Below are positions 1-13,743 of a DNA stretch of 64,000 nt, piece after piece. The translations under genes were made by a program, and so were the position numbers. The notes under the pieces were generated by a model. It was not told the DNA's origin. It saw only the letters and a program-made list of their open reading frames with translations, and did not search any database. The stretch is from Felis catus (Eukaryota), in assembly GCF_018350175.1 (NCBI RefSeq), contig NC_058373.1, positions 99,822,001 to 99,886,000 on the forward strand, given 5' to 3'. Position 1 is the stretch's first letter. Each line of letters opens with the position of its first letter.

Positions 1-480
1 GGAGAGAACAAGCTGTCACCTTGACTATACTAGTGAATCTTGTCTGTCCTAACAGTGAGACTAGCTGTGACCCTCCTCAGGTGATACAGTCAGGAGGACT
101 TGGTGCCACTTACAAAGTATTCTCATCAAAATGTTGATCCTGAAACTAATCAACTGCAGAAAGACATTTTTCACAATTGTAAAGAGGCATTCAGGGACCC
201 TGAAAATAGACTGGATGTTAGCTGGAGGAATTATTGACAATTTTGTTAGATGACATTAGGAAAATGAGCTTTTTGGGGGGTTGGGGGAGGAACTGTATAG
301 TGTTTAGGAGTGAAATGTCCTGACATTTCGAATTTGGTTTAAATACTTTAGCAAAGAAAAAACAGATTAAAAAAGATGAAATATGGCAAATTGTGAATCA
401 CTGTTAATACTCTTACAGAGGTATTCACATTAAGTTCATCATAATCTTCTCTCTTCTGAATGTATGTTTGAAATTTTTTG
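1..480 (+). mobile_element. Degraded old L1 3' region (L1MC/ME-like)
   Basis: aaagtattctcatcaaaatgttgatcctga...tgtttaggagtgaaatgtcctgac...aaatatggcaaattgtgaatcactgtt...tgtatgtttgaaattttt. Confidence 0.5.
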
Positions 481-536
481 AAAAAATTAAACAGAAACAA
501 CTTTTGTGAAACTAAAATTGTAGTACATTCCATTTT

Positions 537-541
<5 letters not shown>

Positions 542-586
<45 letters not shown>
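542..586. repeat. (TA)n microsatellite
   Basis: Directly visible. Confidence 0.97.
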
Positions 587-589
<3 letters not shown>

Positions 590-1409
590 TTTCGGTTTAT
601 GAAGAAAGTTTAACTTCACTCACGTTTATTAATCAATATGTGTATTCTATGACTGGTGCTACTCGTCTCGATGGGAATATAATCCAGCTTTCATGGAGCC
701 TACAGTACAGCAAAGGAAGCAAACATTAAACTAATTGTGAAATTAATTATTTAACTGAAGCTAGAATGACCTCCTGATATTAGATGCTCTGCTCATAGCC
801 TCAGGAGGTCTGGCCTCATCTGGGGAAGTGATGGTCAAGCCAAATACAAGACAAATTTATTGTTTCCCAAATGTGGTAGAATCTTAGGAGTTCCTGAAGA
901 GCACTGGCTAAATTATTGACAGCAAGAAAGGACTTAAACATTAGGGACCGGAGTCAGCTTCCAGATGAGCCCAGGGTTCAGTCAGGTGTGCACAATGTCC
1001 AAAGGCTCAAAATCTCTAAGATCCCACACAGAGACCTTGTCCTGTGTTATTTTGCAGGAAAACTGACTCCTACCAAAGCCTGTCCAGATAGAGAGGGGGA
1101 GGCAGAGAGAGAAGCTGGTTGACCATATTAGTGGGGATTTCCTGCTTAGCATCACTGGAGCTGCATTTGCAGATGGAGAGAACTGGAGGGCCAGCTGGGA
1201 AAAGCTGGGGAAGAGGAGGACTAGAGAAATTGGGCAGGACTCACCCAAATATACATAAACTTGGATGAAAAGTCAGACTCCAGTTTATTTACAAACAACA
1301 GCGCATTACTTGAATTCCCCAAAGTAATTCTCCCGGAGTATTAACTACTAAGTGGAAGTCCCTCCAGACAGCAAACTTATCTCAGAGCACTAATAAGGAA
1401 TCCTGTTCC

Positions 1410-1620
1410 GGGGTGTTTAGGTGGCTCAGTCAGTTAGGCGTCCGACTTCAACTCAGGTCATGATCTTGCGGTTTGTGGGTTCAAGCCCTGCGTTGGGCTC
1501 TGTGCTGACAGCTCAGAGCCTGGAGCCTGCTTCGGATTCTGTGTCTCCCCTCTCTCTGCCCCTCCCATGCTCATACTCTGTCTCTCAATAATAAATAAAC
1601 ATTAAAAACAATTTTTTTTT
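1410..1620 (+). mobile_element. Can-SINE (SINEC_Fc-like)
   Basis: tRNA-derived head ggtggctcagt...gttcaagccc, CT-rich body, A/T tail; TSD aa(g/a)gaatcctgttcc at 1395-1409 and 1621-1635. Confidence 0.95.
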
Positions 1621-1794
1621 AAAGAATCCTGTTCCCTCCATCCAAAGGAAGAGATTGGATTGTCTCTTGGGTTTAGCTAGGTAAATGTATCCTCCTTGGA
1701 ACAGCCAAGGTGGAGCCTGCTTTTCTGTTTCCTTGCCCTTTAAGATGGAGCAAGTATAGCGAGTCTAAAAGAGACTGTACCTATTAATTAATCC

Positions 1795-2670
1795 TTTTTT
1801 TAATTATGAAATATTGTACATGAGAAGTACAGAGAGTAATATACAATACCTTACTTCCCACTGGGAATTGTTTAAATTCAATATATGATTAATATATTTG
1901 TTATTTAAGAATAAAACTTCACATACAGTTGAAGTTCCTTATATATTCTTCCCTAAACCTATTCCTTTCCTCCTGGAAACAAATACTTTCCTGAATTGAT
2001 CTGTGTCCTATGCCTTATATCTATATCATACGTATGTGAAAAATATATGAATATATGTATATACATATACGAAAAGTATGCATCCACAAATAACATATAG
2101 TATGGTTTTGTGCACCTCTAAACAAGTTGTACAATAAATTACCCAAGTCTTATCATAATATAAAGTGTCAGTCTGCAACTTGCAACTTCTTTTTGTCACT
2201 TAATATTGTTTTCTAAGATTCACAAACATAAATCTAGTTTATTCAGTTTAGCTACTGGCTGTATTCCATATGAGACCAAACTACCATTTATTCATCCATT
2301 TCTCCTACTTCTGGGTGTTTTAAAATTACAAACTTTTTGGGCGCCTGGGTGGCTCAGTTGGTTAAGGCATCCGGCTCTTGATTCTGGCTCTGGTCATGAT
2401 CTAATGGTCGTGAGATTGAGCCCAGCAGCCCTGCTTTGGGATCTGGGCTTAGTGTGAAGCCTGCTTAAGATTCTGTCTCTCCCTCTCCTTCTGCCCCTCC
2501 CCGACTTGTGCTCACTCTCTCTCTCTCTCTAAAAAAAACAAAATTGCAAACTTCCAAGTATTATTACAGATCATGCTGCAGTGAAAATCCTTGTGCATTA
2601 CTTTAGGTATACATATGCATATTTTATGATCTAAGATTTATACCAAGTAGTGCAATTTCTATGGTTCTAT
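1795..2670 (-). mobile_element. Degraded old L1 (L1ME-like) interrupted by a SINE
   Basis: ttttttaattatgaaatattgtacat...tctgcaacttg...gtattccatatg...ccatttattcatccatttctcct L1ME-type 3' motifs. Confidence 0.55.
2339..2539 (+). mobile_element. Can-SINE
   Basis: gggcgcctgggtggctcag head; approximate TSD aaaatt(a/g)caaactt. Confidence 0.92.
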
Positions 2671-3693
2671 TTTTTAATCTAAATATGACTCTAGCATCCT
2701 TAGGTGCGCAATCCATCTTCAAACTGCTTTGACCTTGAGGGTAACGGAGAGATTCACAAGACCAATGATTGTTGATTGGAGCTTCATCTTGTGGAATAAC
2801 TAATATACATTTATTTGTAGGACATCTATATACTGCTTTATTTGTTTATTACAGTTTTGTTAATTGTTGATGACTATGCATATGGGTTTGTGTATTGTAG
2901 TTTACCTACCATAAATAACTTAAGTTTCTATTTTGTTGGTATATACTCCCTTCACCCTAGGTTATCTAGAAAAACAAAACAAACCTTAGTTCCCCTGGAG
3001 AAATCTCAGAATCACATCTTCTTTGTATCTTTCATAACCCATGGATAGTTTTCCTGTTAAACTGCATATAATTTAATCTGTTTTCTTACATTAATAAGAA
3101 CTGCTCAATCCAAGTTTTAGATCTTTAGAAGATAACTGTGTTATCATACTGTGTTTATCACATTTCATCTGTAACTCAAGAATTTTTAATACCTTAGCCA
3201 CCCTGTGATTGCTTCAAGGAAACCTGCTTCAGTGACACCACTGGTCTAGAACCCAGTTGAGCTCACCTATAAAACCCAAATTGTTGAGTTAATAAACAAT
3301 TGTAACTGTTAACATATTAAAATATTCCACTTTAAATATTTATATGTGCAAATCATATATTATCTAGAAATATATGAGAGAAAAGAAAAGAATCAAATGT
3401 TAGGAGCAAAGTAAATTAATCATTAGTGCAAATTATGCATTGAGGAAGAGCTTTCTGATGAGTATATAGCTAGATTTTTTTCCTTCTTGTCATTGTCTTA
3501 TTTTCCATCTACAAAGGAGATAATGCAATGACTCTTCCATTGACATTTTCTTAGAAAGATGTGAGAGCTGACATGTAACTTTAGTCAGACTTATTAAATT
3601 GTCAGATTTATTTAACTCACTTAATTCAGTTAGTTAAAATAAATCAAATTATTTAAACTTAGACCACCATTAGATGGTATTATCTGGCAAGTG

Positions 3694-3711
3694 TATATAT
3701 ATATATATGTA

Positions 3712-3752
<41 letters not shown>
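3694..3752. repeat. (TA)n/(TG)n compound microsatellite
   Basis: Directly visible. Confidence 0.95.
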
Positions 3753-3755
<3 letters not shown>

Positions 3756-4274
3756 TTCTATCCCTGACTACATAGATATCCTCTAAACTTTGGATGACCT
3801 GATATCGTTCCAAAATGGTCCAGAAACCCTGGATTCTCCTGCATTTGAGATTGTACTGTTGAAGCTGGACCAACAGGAAGCAACCCACAATGCATATATG
3901 AACACCAATAACTATTGTATTGAACAAGCAAGTTCTGAGGGCCATAGTTGAATGAGATAAGGAACACTTACTCAGCCTTATGGTTACTCTTGGTTTCCGT
4001 GCAGACAATATATGCACTTTGCACATTTCAAAAATGCAGAGGTACAGCTCCATAAGCAATCATAGACACCAGGTATTCATATTTCTGAGAAGAAAGTGTA
4101 TGTTTTCAGGCATTCCCTAATGATGTATGCAGGAGAAAATTTTGTTGCTAATTTGCACTTAGACTTAATCCACCAGTTGAGAGCCACTGACTTGAGCACA
4201 TACTGAGGCAAAAGTCTTCTCTGCCCATCATCACTATATATATGGCAGCCTCTGAGATTCAAGTGCAGACCCAA

Positions 4275-4470
4275 TGATAGCTAATGATTTTTAGCACTTC
4301 CTGTGTGTCCAGCACTGTTTTATGTACTTTCACCTGTATTCACTAAATCCTCACATTACCACATGGGATAGATGCCATTATTATCCTCATTTCACAGATG
4401 AGGAAACTGAGACATAGATTAAGTAACTTACACAAGTTACACAGCTCCAGAGCTTGTGCTCTTAAGCATT
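4275..4470 (-). mobile_element. MIR SINE
   Basis: Core attatcctcatttcacagatgaggaaactgagacatag...taagtaactt. Confidence 0.75.
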
Positions 4471-5835
4471 AGACCTCACTGGGTATTTTACATAGTTCCA
4501 ATGGGGTCAGTCAGATACACACTGGATGTGGTCTCAAGTGCTCAGGGAAATGGATCTCTTCTGGAGCTATTCCAGGCTTTGGGATCCCACTGCTAGACTC
4601 AAAATGCAGGGGAAAAGACAAAGAAAATCAAGAATTGGACCTGTCATTCACTCTGAAGTGGCATCAAAATGTCCTGGAGATTCCCAAAATCAAAGTCAGT
4701 TTGGAACCAGATCAGGCTTCCTTAGTTTACATCCAGGCTGGAATTTCATAAACCCAGTAATGATTCTTCAAATTCTGATACTTGAACTACTAAAAGGTAA
4801 GGGGAGATGTTCTGATCAAATAAATTTGAAAAAAAAAAGCAACAGTCTACTGAAATTCACAAGAAATCATAATAGATATGAATATATTAGAGATTTGTAG
4901 AAATTCTGCAACAAAGAAACACATTCAACTTTGCTTAAGCAAGCATTTCCCAAACTTGTACCCCTTAACATTTCCATGGAACATCATTTGAGACCAGTGC
5001 TCCAGAATGAGTTGACCAGTGGCACCTTGAGATAGAAGCTACCTGGTCCACCATGTCTTAAAAACATTCTATAAGAGCTATTATAGCCCCTGCATCATTT
5101 CTCCTCCCAGCCTGGCCTCAGGAAGGCCTTCTCCTCTGAGAACTTTGGCAGGGCTTGGGTTTTGAGGTTGGCACTCCATACTCCCAGGCTTAGGCTTAGC
5201 TTCATAAGTCCCTTCAGACTTTTCTATCAACAGCTTGATGTGTGGCCCTGAAGCAACTTGAAAATGAGCCATTCGGTTCTGATCCTAAAACCAGGGAGTA
5301 AGACATTTTGTTTGGATTTTTGGAAGATCTTTGGCAACTTTCCATATAAGTGGTTCCTCAATAAGCAATGAATCATAAACATCCATTATGGACAGGAGCG
5401 ACTGGGTAATAATAGAACAGACACATGCTGTCCTTATGACCTTTCTTCCAAAGGGAAGCTCAATTGAATTAAGTCTGTTCCCACAGTATATTACTCAATG
5501 TTTCTTAGGGGTATGAGAAACCTGGAAATTACAAGGCAAACCACAAATGAATTGCTGTTCAGTCAAGTCACACAACTAAGAGAAAGTTAAATTCCTCCAT
5601 GGCCAAACACAGCATCTAGTTCCCAATCTGTCAAAGAACAACAAGCCAGGAAGTGACCACTTTACAGGTATCTATCCTTCCATCCAACCAAGGGTCTCAG
5701 AACATTTTAAAAGTGGAAGCTGATTAGGATAGTCCTCTGAATGGAGCAGAACAGTATATAGGCTAGGGAAGTTTTATGACATCCCCCTCATTCTCTTCTT
5801 TTTCTGTTGCTAGGGAAGGTGGGAATTAGGACTGA

Positions 5836-5948
5836 CTTTTTTTTTAAACCACTTGATTGCAGTATGATTGACATACAAACAGAGGTATATACTTAATGTA
5901 CACAAAAGTTTTCTCCTTCCCTCTTTGTTGTTTATTTATTATTATTAC

Positions 5949-5979
<31 letters not shown>

Positions 5980-6402
5980 TGTATGTGGTAAAAACATTTC
6001 ACATAAGATCTACCCTCTTGGCAAATTTTTAAGTATCCAACACAGTATTGTTAACTTTAGGCACTAATCTGTCCAAGGACATATTTATAGATCTAAAGGA
6101 CATATTTATCTTTCATAACTGAAATTTACTACCCTTTGACTAATATTTCCCCATTCCCCACTTCCCACAGTCTCTGGCCAAAGCCATTTCACTCTCTGCT
6201 CCTGAGTTTGACTATTTTAGATTGCTCATATAAGTTGTATCATGTAATATTTGTCCTTCTGTGCCTACTTTAATTCACTTAGCACAATGTCCTTCAAGTT
6301 CATTCCTATTGTCACAAATGGCAGGGCTTCCTTCTTTTAAAAAGCTAAATAATATTCCACTGTATGTATATACCACATTTTCTTTCTCCATGCATCTATT
6401 GA
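5836..6402 (-). mobile_element. Old LINE-1 3' end (L1MA-like)
   Basis: cataagatctaccctcttggcaaatttttaagtat...tgagtttgactattttagatt...aatattccactgtatgtatataccacattttcttt. Confidence 0.75.
5938..5979. repeat. (ATT)n microsatellite
   Basis: Directly visible, inside an old L1 3' end. Confidence 0.93.
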
Positions 6403-8769
6403 TAGATAGATAGCAAGAAATGTTCTAGGCTTTTATCTAGAAAATGAAGTAATAATAGAAAGAAATTGACCTAGGAATTCCCCAACATGGACTGGCCAAA
6501 TGCGATAGCGGAGTCAGCAGGGGGGCTACACTGGAGCAAAGTCTGCAAATCAGGAAACTCTGAATGATAACAGATACCCTCGTGCTTAGCTCCACAAAGC
6601 AAAAGTAGCATGGATGCTAAGAAGGATGGTGGCAAGGCTGCTTGCAGGGCCTGCTATGTTGGCCTAGTCCATCTGTAAGGTCCATCAAGCTCCTTGGGCT
6701 CAAGCACTGAGATTTAGTGAGGTTTATTGCTCAAGCTAGCTGAAATCTGGATCCAGTCCCCCACGCCCCTAAGCACTCTCTGACAGTGCATGCCAACATT
6801 CAGTAAAAATGCGCTGGGCATTGTATCAGACCTATGGAGGTTAGAAACATGAATTAGACATAGTTCCTGTGCTCAAAGAGTCTATGAGTTAATAGGATAA
6901 ATAGAATCCAGTCAAGGAGGTATAATACAAAGCAGAATTAAGTGCCGTAAGAAATACATACAACTACAGCAACTGGAGACAATATAAATAGTATCAGTCC
7001 TTGTGTCAGAGAAGAAAAGCACAAGATGGACACCAGGAATGTTGATTAATTCAGGGCTGCTGGGAGGAGAAAGGTTGAAAGGAGGTAGGAGGAGATATAG
7101 TCATAATGAGTCAGAATGGTAGTTTGGGGCGGATAATGACAAACTCTAAATTTTTAGCCAAAATGTGATTGTATTCATTCCAGAGAACAATGGATGTTTT
7201 CAAGCAGGAAGAGTGTTTTTGACAAAGAAGGCAGGAAGGGGTCTGCAGTAAGGATTGAAAGTAGATCAACTTGAATGAGAAAGGACATTAAGGAGGCCAG
7301 AAACTATGGAGGCTGAGAACTCCAGCCAGGAGGTATTTAGAGAACATTTTCTTTAGAAGAAGGAAGGGAAAGAAACAAACAGACTACTACATCTCAAATG
7401 TCAAGAGGAGAAATTTCAAGAAAGAAAAAGTGGAAATTTTGCAGAGAGAATTAATTTGTTATAATTAATATATTACATAATTAATTATTAATATAACAAT
7501 ATATTATATTAATATAATTACATAAACATTTGATAAATGTTTATGTGGAACAGAAGACCAGCAAGAAAGTCTACTCTGGGGGAGCTTACATTTCAGTAAA
7601 AGGAAGCAAAGTAAACACGTTCAACAAAATAGTTATGCATTGTGATAAGTACCATAAAGAAATAAACAGGATGAAGCAAGGAGAAAGTAGAGAGAGGAAG
7701 AAATCTTTATGGGGCTTCCAGGTTAAGACCTCTTAAAGAAGTGACACTTGAACTGAGGATGTTCAGCTATTGTAGAGCAGGAAGGAGAGTGTTCTAGGCA
7801 GAAAGAACAAGTGCAAAAGTGTGGGTCATTAGAAAGGGCCATTCGAGGAACAGAGAGGAGGTGTGGCCAGAGCATACCGAACAGGCAGAATCATGGCATG
7901 TAATGAAGTCAGTGGTCCAGCAGAGAGAAGATAAGACTTGGCCTTGGGTTGGTTACAGAGAAGACAAAGAAAGGGCCATATCTGGAATTAGAATCAATAG
8001 AGTTTTTTGAGAGATTAGCTATGGAAGATGAAAGGAAGGGGTAATCAAAGATGACTCTTAGCTTCTCTGCCTGAGTAACCAGGAGGATACTGATACCATT
8101 TATTTTGATGTGAAAGAGTGGGAGACAGATACATTAGAGGGAGAAGGAGCTCAATTTTAGATATGTCAAGTTTAAGATACCTAGGTGAATAGTATTTGGA
8201 TTGTCATAGAATGGGTTTGGGCAATAAGGAGGCCATTGGTTTCTAGTCAGAGATGTGGTCCATGGTAGTTCTGGGGTCACATCCTTATAGCCACTTCCAT
8301 TCCAGCTCCAACAGAAAGTCTCTGTGAAGGATCTGATTGGTGTAACTTGGGCCCAGTGCCCAAGTGAAAATAGACTCCTAAGATTGGATCCTACCTATTA
8401 TATTCCCATTCTTGTGACTGGTGGGCAGTGGGGGCCAGAGAAGATATATAGGAACCATTGCCAGAAAGAAAGTGGAAGGGTATGCCATACAGACAACGAA
8501 AATAACAAGCAAAGGCAGAAGAGGTGGCCCTGCTCCTACCCACATGGCACCTTTTTTTTTCTGATATCTTCTCCACTAAAACATTACAACTATTTGTCAT
8601 TATGCTGCATTAGAGACAAAAGCCACACTGCAAAATGGTAGCTGTATATAGGCATCTTTGCCAAAACAGGCTGACTTTGATGATACAACCACCTGGCCTA
8701 CCCTAAAGTGATGCCTTCTCAGAGGCAGGAAGGCTAAATAGTAATTTGCCTACTTGATCTAAGTGTTCG

Positions 8770-9880
8770 TTCCTTTTTTCATTAAATAAGTCTATCTCAG
8801 GGACTTAATATGTGCCAGGAGATGTGGGGTATACATAGATGTATAAGAGAAGGCTTTAATCCTGTGGGGAAGACTAGACATGAACACAAACAGTAATACA
8901 GAAAAGAAGGGGTAAGTGCCATTTGAAACAAAGTAATCTCTGGAAACCTAGCTGTGGGAATTTAAGGGGGAGGTGGTGGTACTTATGTAAAGGAAAAGAA
9001 AGGTGAGAGAAGAGGCTTTGCTGAAGTATGGAGACAGGAAGGACAAGGTAGGATTGGAGAATGGTCAAAATATCTGTTGAACTGGATTCCAAATTTCTAT
9101 TACAAAGCAATAGGATTGGGGGCTGAAAGGTAGGTTGGGGCCAGATGATAGAAGGCTCTGAATGCCTGACTTGGAGCACTAGGTTTTCTCCGACTCCTCT
9201 CAGTGTTTGAGCGGAAGAATGATAGGATCCAAGCAGTGCCTTCGGAAGGTCGAGTTGGCGAGGAGTTGGGGAAGCACAAGAGGTGGGGTGACAGGGCGGT
9301 GTCAGGAGGTCACTGCACCCTCCATACATGAGTGATAGAACCCAGCTAGGGAGACAGTAGCACTAGAAAAGAAAAGAGGAGTAGAAAAGAGGGTATGAAG
9401 AAATGTTTGACTGGACTGGAGAATGGTAGGTAGGGAAGGGTAGGGTAGGGAAGGGTTCCATTAGGGTGGAAAGAAAAAAGAAAGTTGTGCAAAGTGACTG
9501 AGGTTTTTGGCTCAGTGAAAAGGAAGAAGGCAGTTTTGCTACAGAGACAGGAGGGTCTGGAGGTTTGGGGAAGATATGGCTAGTTGACCTTAGACATAGT
9601 TTATTAAGCCTGAGTCACCAGGAGGACAGACTGGAGTAGATTTTCAGTAGTGTGTTTGGCATGTAGAACTGGACCCAGAAAAGCCATTGGCCGAGAGACA
9701 AACTATTGGATGTCATTAGCTGACAGATGTGATAGCAGAAGAGGTTCCCGGAAAGTGTTAGAACCTTGAGAATTACATTTAGGAATCAGGTAGAGACAGG
9801 AGGCAAAGTGAAGTCTGAAGAGAGTCCAGGAGTAAAAGAGAAAATGTGGTTGTGATGGAAACCAGAGAATGACCAGCCAT
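8770..9880 (-). mobile_element. L2 remnant
   Basis: ggacttaatatgtgccagg...ttggggccagatgatagaaggctctgaatgcc...gactgaggtttttggc...tagacatagttta. Confidence 0.6.
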
Positions 9881-10284
9881 GTCGTACTGATCAACCTGAT
9901 GTCAGAGACACAGTTACCTTGTGGCAAGTTGAAAACTTGCCTGTCCTTCCTCAACTCCCCAGGCCCATCCTTAGTCTGGGTAGAGATTTGCACACAAAAT
10001 GTGCTACCAGTTAAGCGAGATTTGGCACTCTGGCTTGGAAGTGCCTTTGTCACATGAGTTAGAGCAACAGAAAGGGCAGGCCTTGACCCCACAGGTCGGG
10101 GCTGGACTGCTGTGGGGCTTCCTTCCCGACTTGATTCAGGAATGGAGTGGGAGCTGGAGGAAATGGAGCCAGGGAACTTGAGATTCAAAGAAGGGAAGTT
10201 CATGCAGGGGCAGATTGGAAGGGTGGATTATTTAGGGAAAATGACGATTTTCGTGGCAGGGGAATTAGAAAATTGCATCAAGCA

Positions 10285-10288
<4 letters not shown>

Positions 10289-10326
<38 letters not shown>
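10289..10326. repeat. (TC)n microsatellite
   Basis: Directly visible. Confidence 0.96.
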
Positions 10327-10330
<4 letters not shown>

Positions 10331-10564
10331 ACTAGAAGGGAAAGAATTGGAAATAAAAATTAAAGGGGGAATTAAGATATGAAAATGATGATGTTGTCAG
10401 ATATTTAGTAAATTCCATTTTCTCATTCAGAAACTTGCACGTTAAATTATACATGAATTGCCTGCTTTAAAAAGCAACTGAAAGTCACTTATTTCTGAGA
10501 AAATAATGTGCCCTGAACCTAGAAAGTGTGGAAATACAAAAACAAAAAACAAAAAACAAAAAAC

Positions 10565-11430
10565 AGTAAGTTTCCTCTAACCCCTAATCCAGAGAAACTT
10601 CTTTTAAATGTTGGTGTATGCCATTTCATCTGGAATTGAACAACTAGGCAATTTCCAATCTTTTACTACCGTAAACAGTATTATGATGAATATCCTTATA
10701 CATTCGCTTTTGAATACTTGTTCTAATATTTCCTTACCATAAATCCCTTTAAGCAGGGTTGTTGGGTAAAAGGAGAGGCACACTTTTCAAAGCTTTTGAT
10801 AAATACCACCAAATTACTATTCAGATAATGATACACATTTGAACTTCCACCAGCGATGTAGCAGAGTATCTATTTCCCTACATGTTCTCATCAAATTTTT
10901 TGTATTAATTTGTATTCCGCTACATGCATAGCTAGGTTGAAGTTTTTCCCAAATATTATTGACCATAGGTATTTCTTCCTTTGTGAGTTGTTTATCTATG
11001 TCTTTTGGGTATGTTCATCCTCTTTTTTTTTTTTTTTAGTTTTTAAGAGTTTTCTATTTAGTAAGAATATTCATTCTTTATCTATCACATACATAGCAAG
11101 TGTTTTATTCACAATTTTCTATCTTCTGGTGTTTGAATTAATTTTATGGTTTGTTAGATTTATAGAAATATTTAAAAATTTTAAATGTATATAGTAAAAT
11201 ATTTTTTAAACATATTTTACTATATATTGCTATTTATAGTTTCTGTTGTGCATGTTATGGGGAAGTCTTCCCCACCTATATTTTCTTATAGTTTTTTAGT
11301 TGTGTATGTATGTATATAGGTATAAGTGTGTGTTTCATATATGACATTTTGATCCATGCAGGTTTTACTTTTGTATTTTGTATTTTTGTATGTGAATAGT
11401 TAATCAGTTATCCTGGAATAGCATTTCAAA
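10565..11430 (-). mobile_element. Degraded old L1 (L1ME-like)
   Basis: aggcaatttccaatcttttactacc...atgatgaatatcctt...ttccaccagcgatgtagcagagt. Confidence 0.55.
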
Positions 11431-13371
11431 AATCTTGTTCTGAGGACTTCTTTTCAGGGAGATGCAAATTGGTGCTGTGAAAAATGGGTCTTTAAGTACA
11501 ATGCTTCTTTTAGGAATTGATAATAATTGTTAGCAATCTAATAAGGAATCCTGATTAACTTCAATTCAGTGCTTTATAAATGTGTTTGAACACTCTCTTT
11601 GCACTCAACTATTAAATTCAAGCAAGTGTTCATTGCATGTCTGCTATTAGAATTATAGAGATTTAAAGGTGAGTGGGAGAAAATCCTTATCCTCAACAAG
11701 CTTAAACCACAAGGGAATTATAGTCTAATAGAGACTGTTTTAAAGGACAGAATATGATACTTCCGGCTAGAAGTTAGGGCTCATCAACTAAACATGTATG
11801 GGTTGGGGACGTATAGGCAAGAGTCCCAGGGGCTGGCAGATGATGCCATGTTCAGTCTGGACTAGCTCAGCTTGGACTAACAGTGGCACACCCAACTGGG
11901 GGCAATGAAACATATAGAATAAGAGTTTAGGTGAAGAGAACAGATTCGAAATTAGGGTAGATTAATACTATAAGGTAGGAGAGCAGAGAGCCACAGCATG
12001 AGTCCTGGCGTCTGGCAACATTTAAGGAGCCGGGAACAGCAGGAAGAGCTAGGAAAGCAAAAGATGATCACATCAGAGAGGAAGAAGGGAATCTTGAATA
12101 AATTTAGAAGTCCTTGGAGTAGGTTTGTTTCACAGGATCGTTCTGAGATATTTTATTAAAAATGAATTGGTAATTTCCTGGATGAGAAGCTTGGGACTGA
12201 GGGTCAAGTGATGTGCTCAGGGGACCATCATGAATCAGCAGCTACATGTCAGTTCACCACAAATGAAATGTCAGTGGAAATGCAAAGGCTGAGAAGGGAA
12301 AGAAGACTGAAATTCTACAAATTACATATCAGAACTACATCCTTTAAACATGCAAAGTGTTTTTTAAAATTCAGAGTTTAAAATGCATGGCTGTAATCTC
12401 AAAATCATTGTGACTACATATAAAATTGCTCTTTCTGCTTTGAGAATGGAGAAGAAAGACTTGTGGCAAAAGGAATGGGTGGTGGTGAGAACTGGGTGAA
12501 CTGGGGCTATTAGAGGTTAGTGGCCAACTCTCTAGTTTTGAAGGGTGGTGAGTGGTGAGAGAAGATTACCAATAATGAGTAAAACCACAAGAAACTCCAG
12601 AAAGAGTTGACAGAATCTCAGAATATGAGGGTTTGTAAGAAATGTTTGGTAAACCATAGGCAGAGGTGCCCCAGATTCTGATGTAGGAATTGAATATTCC
12701 AAATTGGGTCACAAATAAAAATCCCTTTAAACTGTTCTCGTGGCTTCCATAAGGGCATCTTCTCTGGTATGCCTTCTTTCTCTCTGATTGCTTGTTCTTT
12801 GACTCCTCTTTCTCACCCATTCCTGAAATTTCATGTTCAGAAACATGGTTCAATGATTCCAAATCTCAACTCTATCTTCTTCGCTTAAACTATTCTCAGA
12901 AGATATTTTCATCTTATCTCCATTCATTGTCTCTTCTTTGCCCATAAACAAAACCAACCTCCTCAGCCCTCTACTGCCAGCTATTACTATCTCTGGAAGT
13001 GTTCCCTGAGGGTGTGGGAGCTCAGGTGGGGCCAGTATTTGGGAATGATGCTGGTACTGGCAAAAGTTATGGGGGTGACACCTCGGTTAAGCCACCATGT
13101 CCAAGGTCTCATGCTCATTCAGCCTCCCTTGCCCAAGCGCTGGATGACTTTTAGTGACTCCAAAGATGATCCCTCATAGGTCACCACTTTAATTTTTGAA
13201 ATGAGCTTCTCAGCTTTATCAAGGAATAGTTAATATTATAATTAACATTATAATGATTGCTTACTATGATCACTGATTGCTCACTGTGTGCTAGTTACTG
13301 CTGTAAAAACTTCATATATATATCAATGGATTTAATCATTATTAACTCCTCTTTAAAGAGGGGAAAATGAT

Positions 13372-13603
13372 GGGGCGCCTGGGTGGCGCAGTCGGTTAAG
13401 CGTCCGACTTCAGTCAGGTCACAATCTCGCGGTCGGTCCGTGAGTTCGAGCCCCGCGTCAGGCTCTGAGCTGATGGCTCAGAGCCTGGAGCCTGTTTCCG
13501 ATTCTGTGTCTCCCTCTCTCTCTGCCCCTCCCCCATTCATGCTCTGTCTCTCTCGGTCCCAAAAATAAATAAAAACGTTGAAAAAAAAATTTAAAAAAAA
13601 AAA
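13372..13603 (+). mobile_element. Young Can-SINE (SINEC_Fc)
   Basis: CpG-rich head ggggcgcctgggtggcgcagtcggttaagcgtccgac; TSD taaagaggggaaaatg at 13354-13369 and 13604-13619. Confidence 0.96.
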
Positions 13604-13618
13604 TAAAGAGGGGAAAAT

Positions 13619-13743
13619 GGGGCACCTGGCTGGCTCAGTCAGTGGGGCGTGCAACTCTTGATCTCAAGGTTTGAGCCCCATGTTGGGTGTAGAGATTACT
13701 TAAAAATAAAGTCCTTAAAAAATAAAAATAAAAAATATGTAAA
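13619..13743 (+). mobile_element. Short-type (older) carnivore Can-SINE
   Basis: ggggcacctggctggctcagtcagt...ccccatgttgggtgtagagattacttaaaaataaa; no CT-repeat body. Confidence 0.88.

Noticed and set aside
1410..1490. tRNA-like A/B boxes in SINE heads as tRNA genes
   Set aside because: They are followed by SINE body, tail and TSD, so they are tRNA-derived SINE heads.
3972..4084. 113-nt minus-strand block with a good acceptor (ctttcttctcag) and donor (gtaagt)
   Set aside because: Stops occur in all three frames, so it is not a coding exon; a non-coding exon cannot be supported without RNA data.
7450..7525. AT-only quasi-palindromic stretch
   Set aside because: Low complexity; self-complementarity is expected from composition alone.
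13383..13568. Recurrent MAQSVKRPTS...SLEPASDSVSPSLSAPP ORFs (also 21000, 21172, 30611, 46768, 51962, 58917)
   Set aside because: These are translations of Can-SINE sequence, not a gene family.
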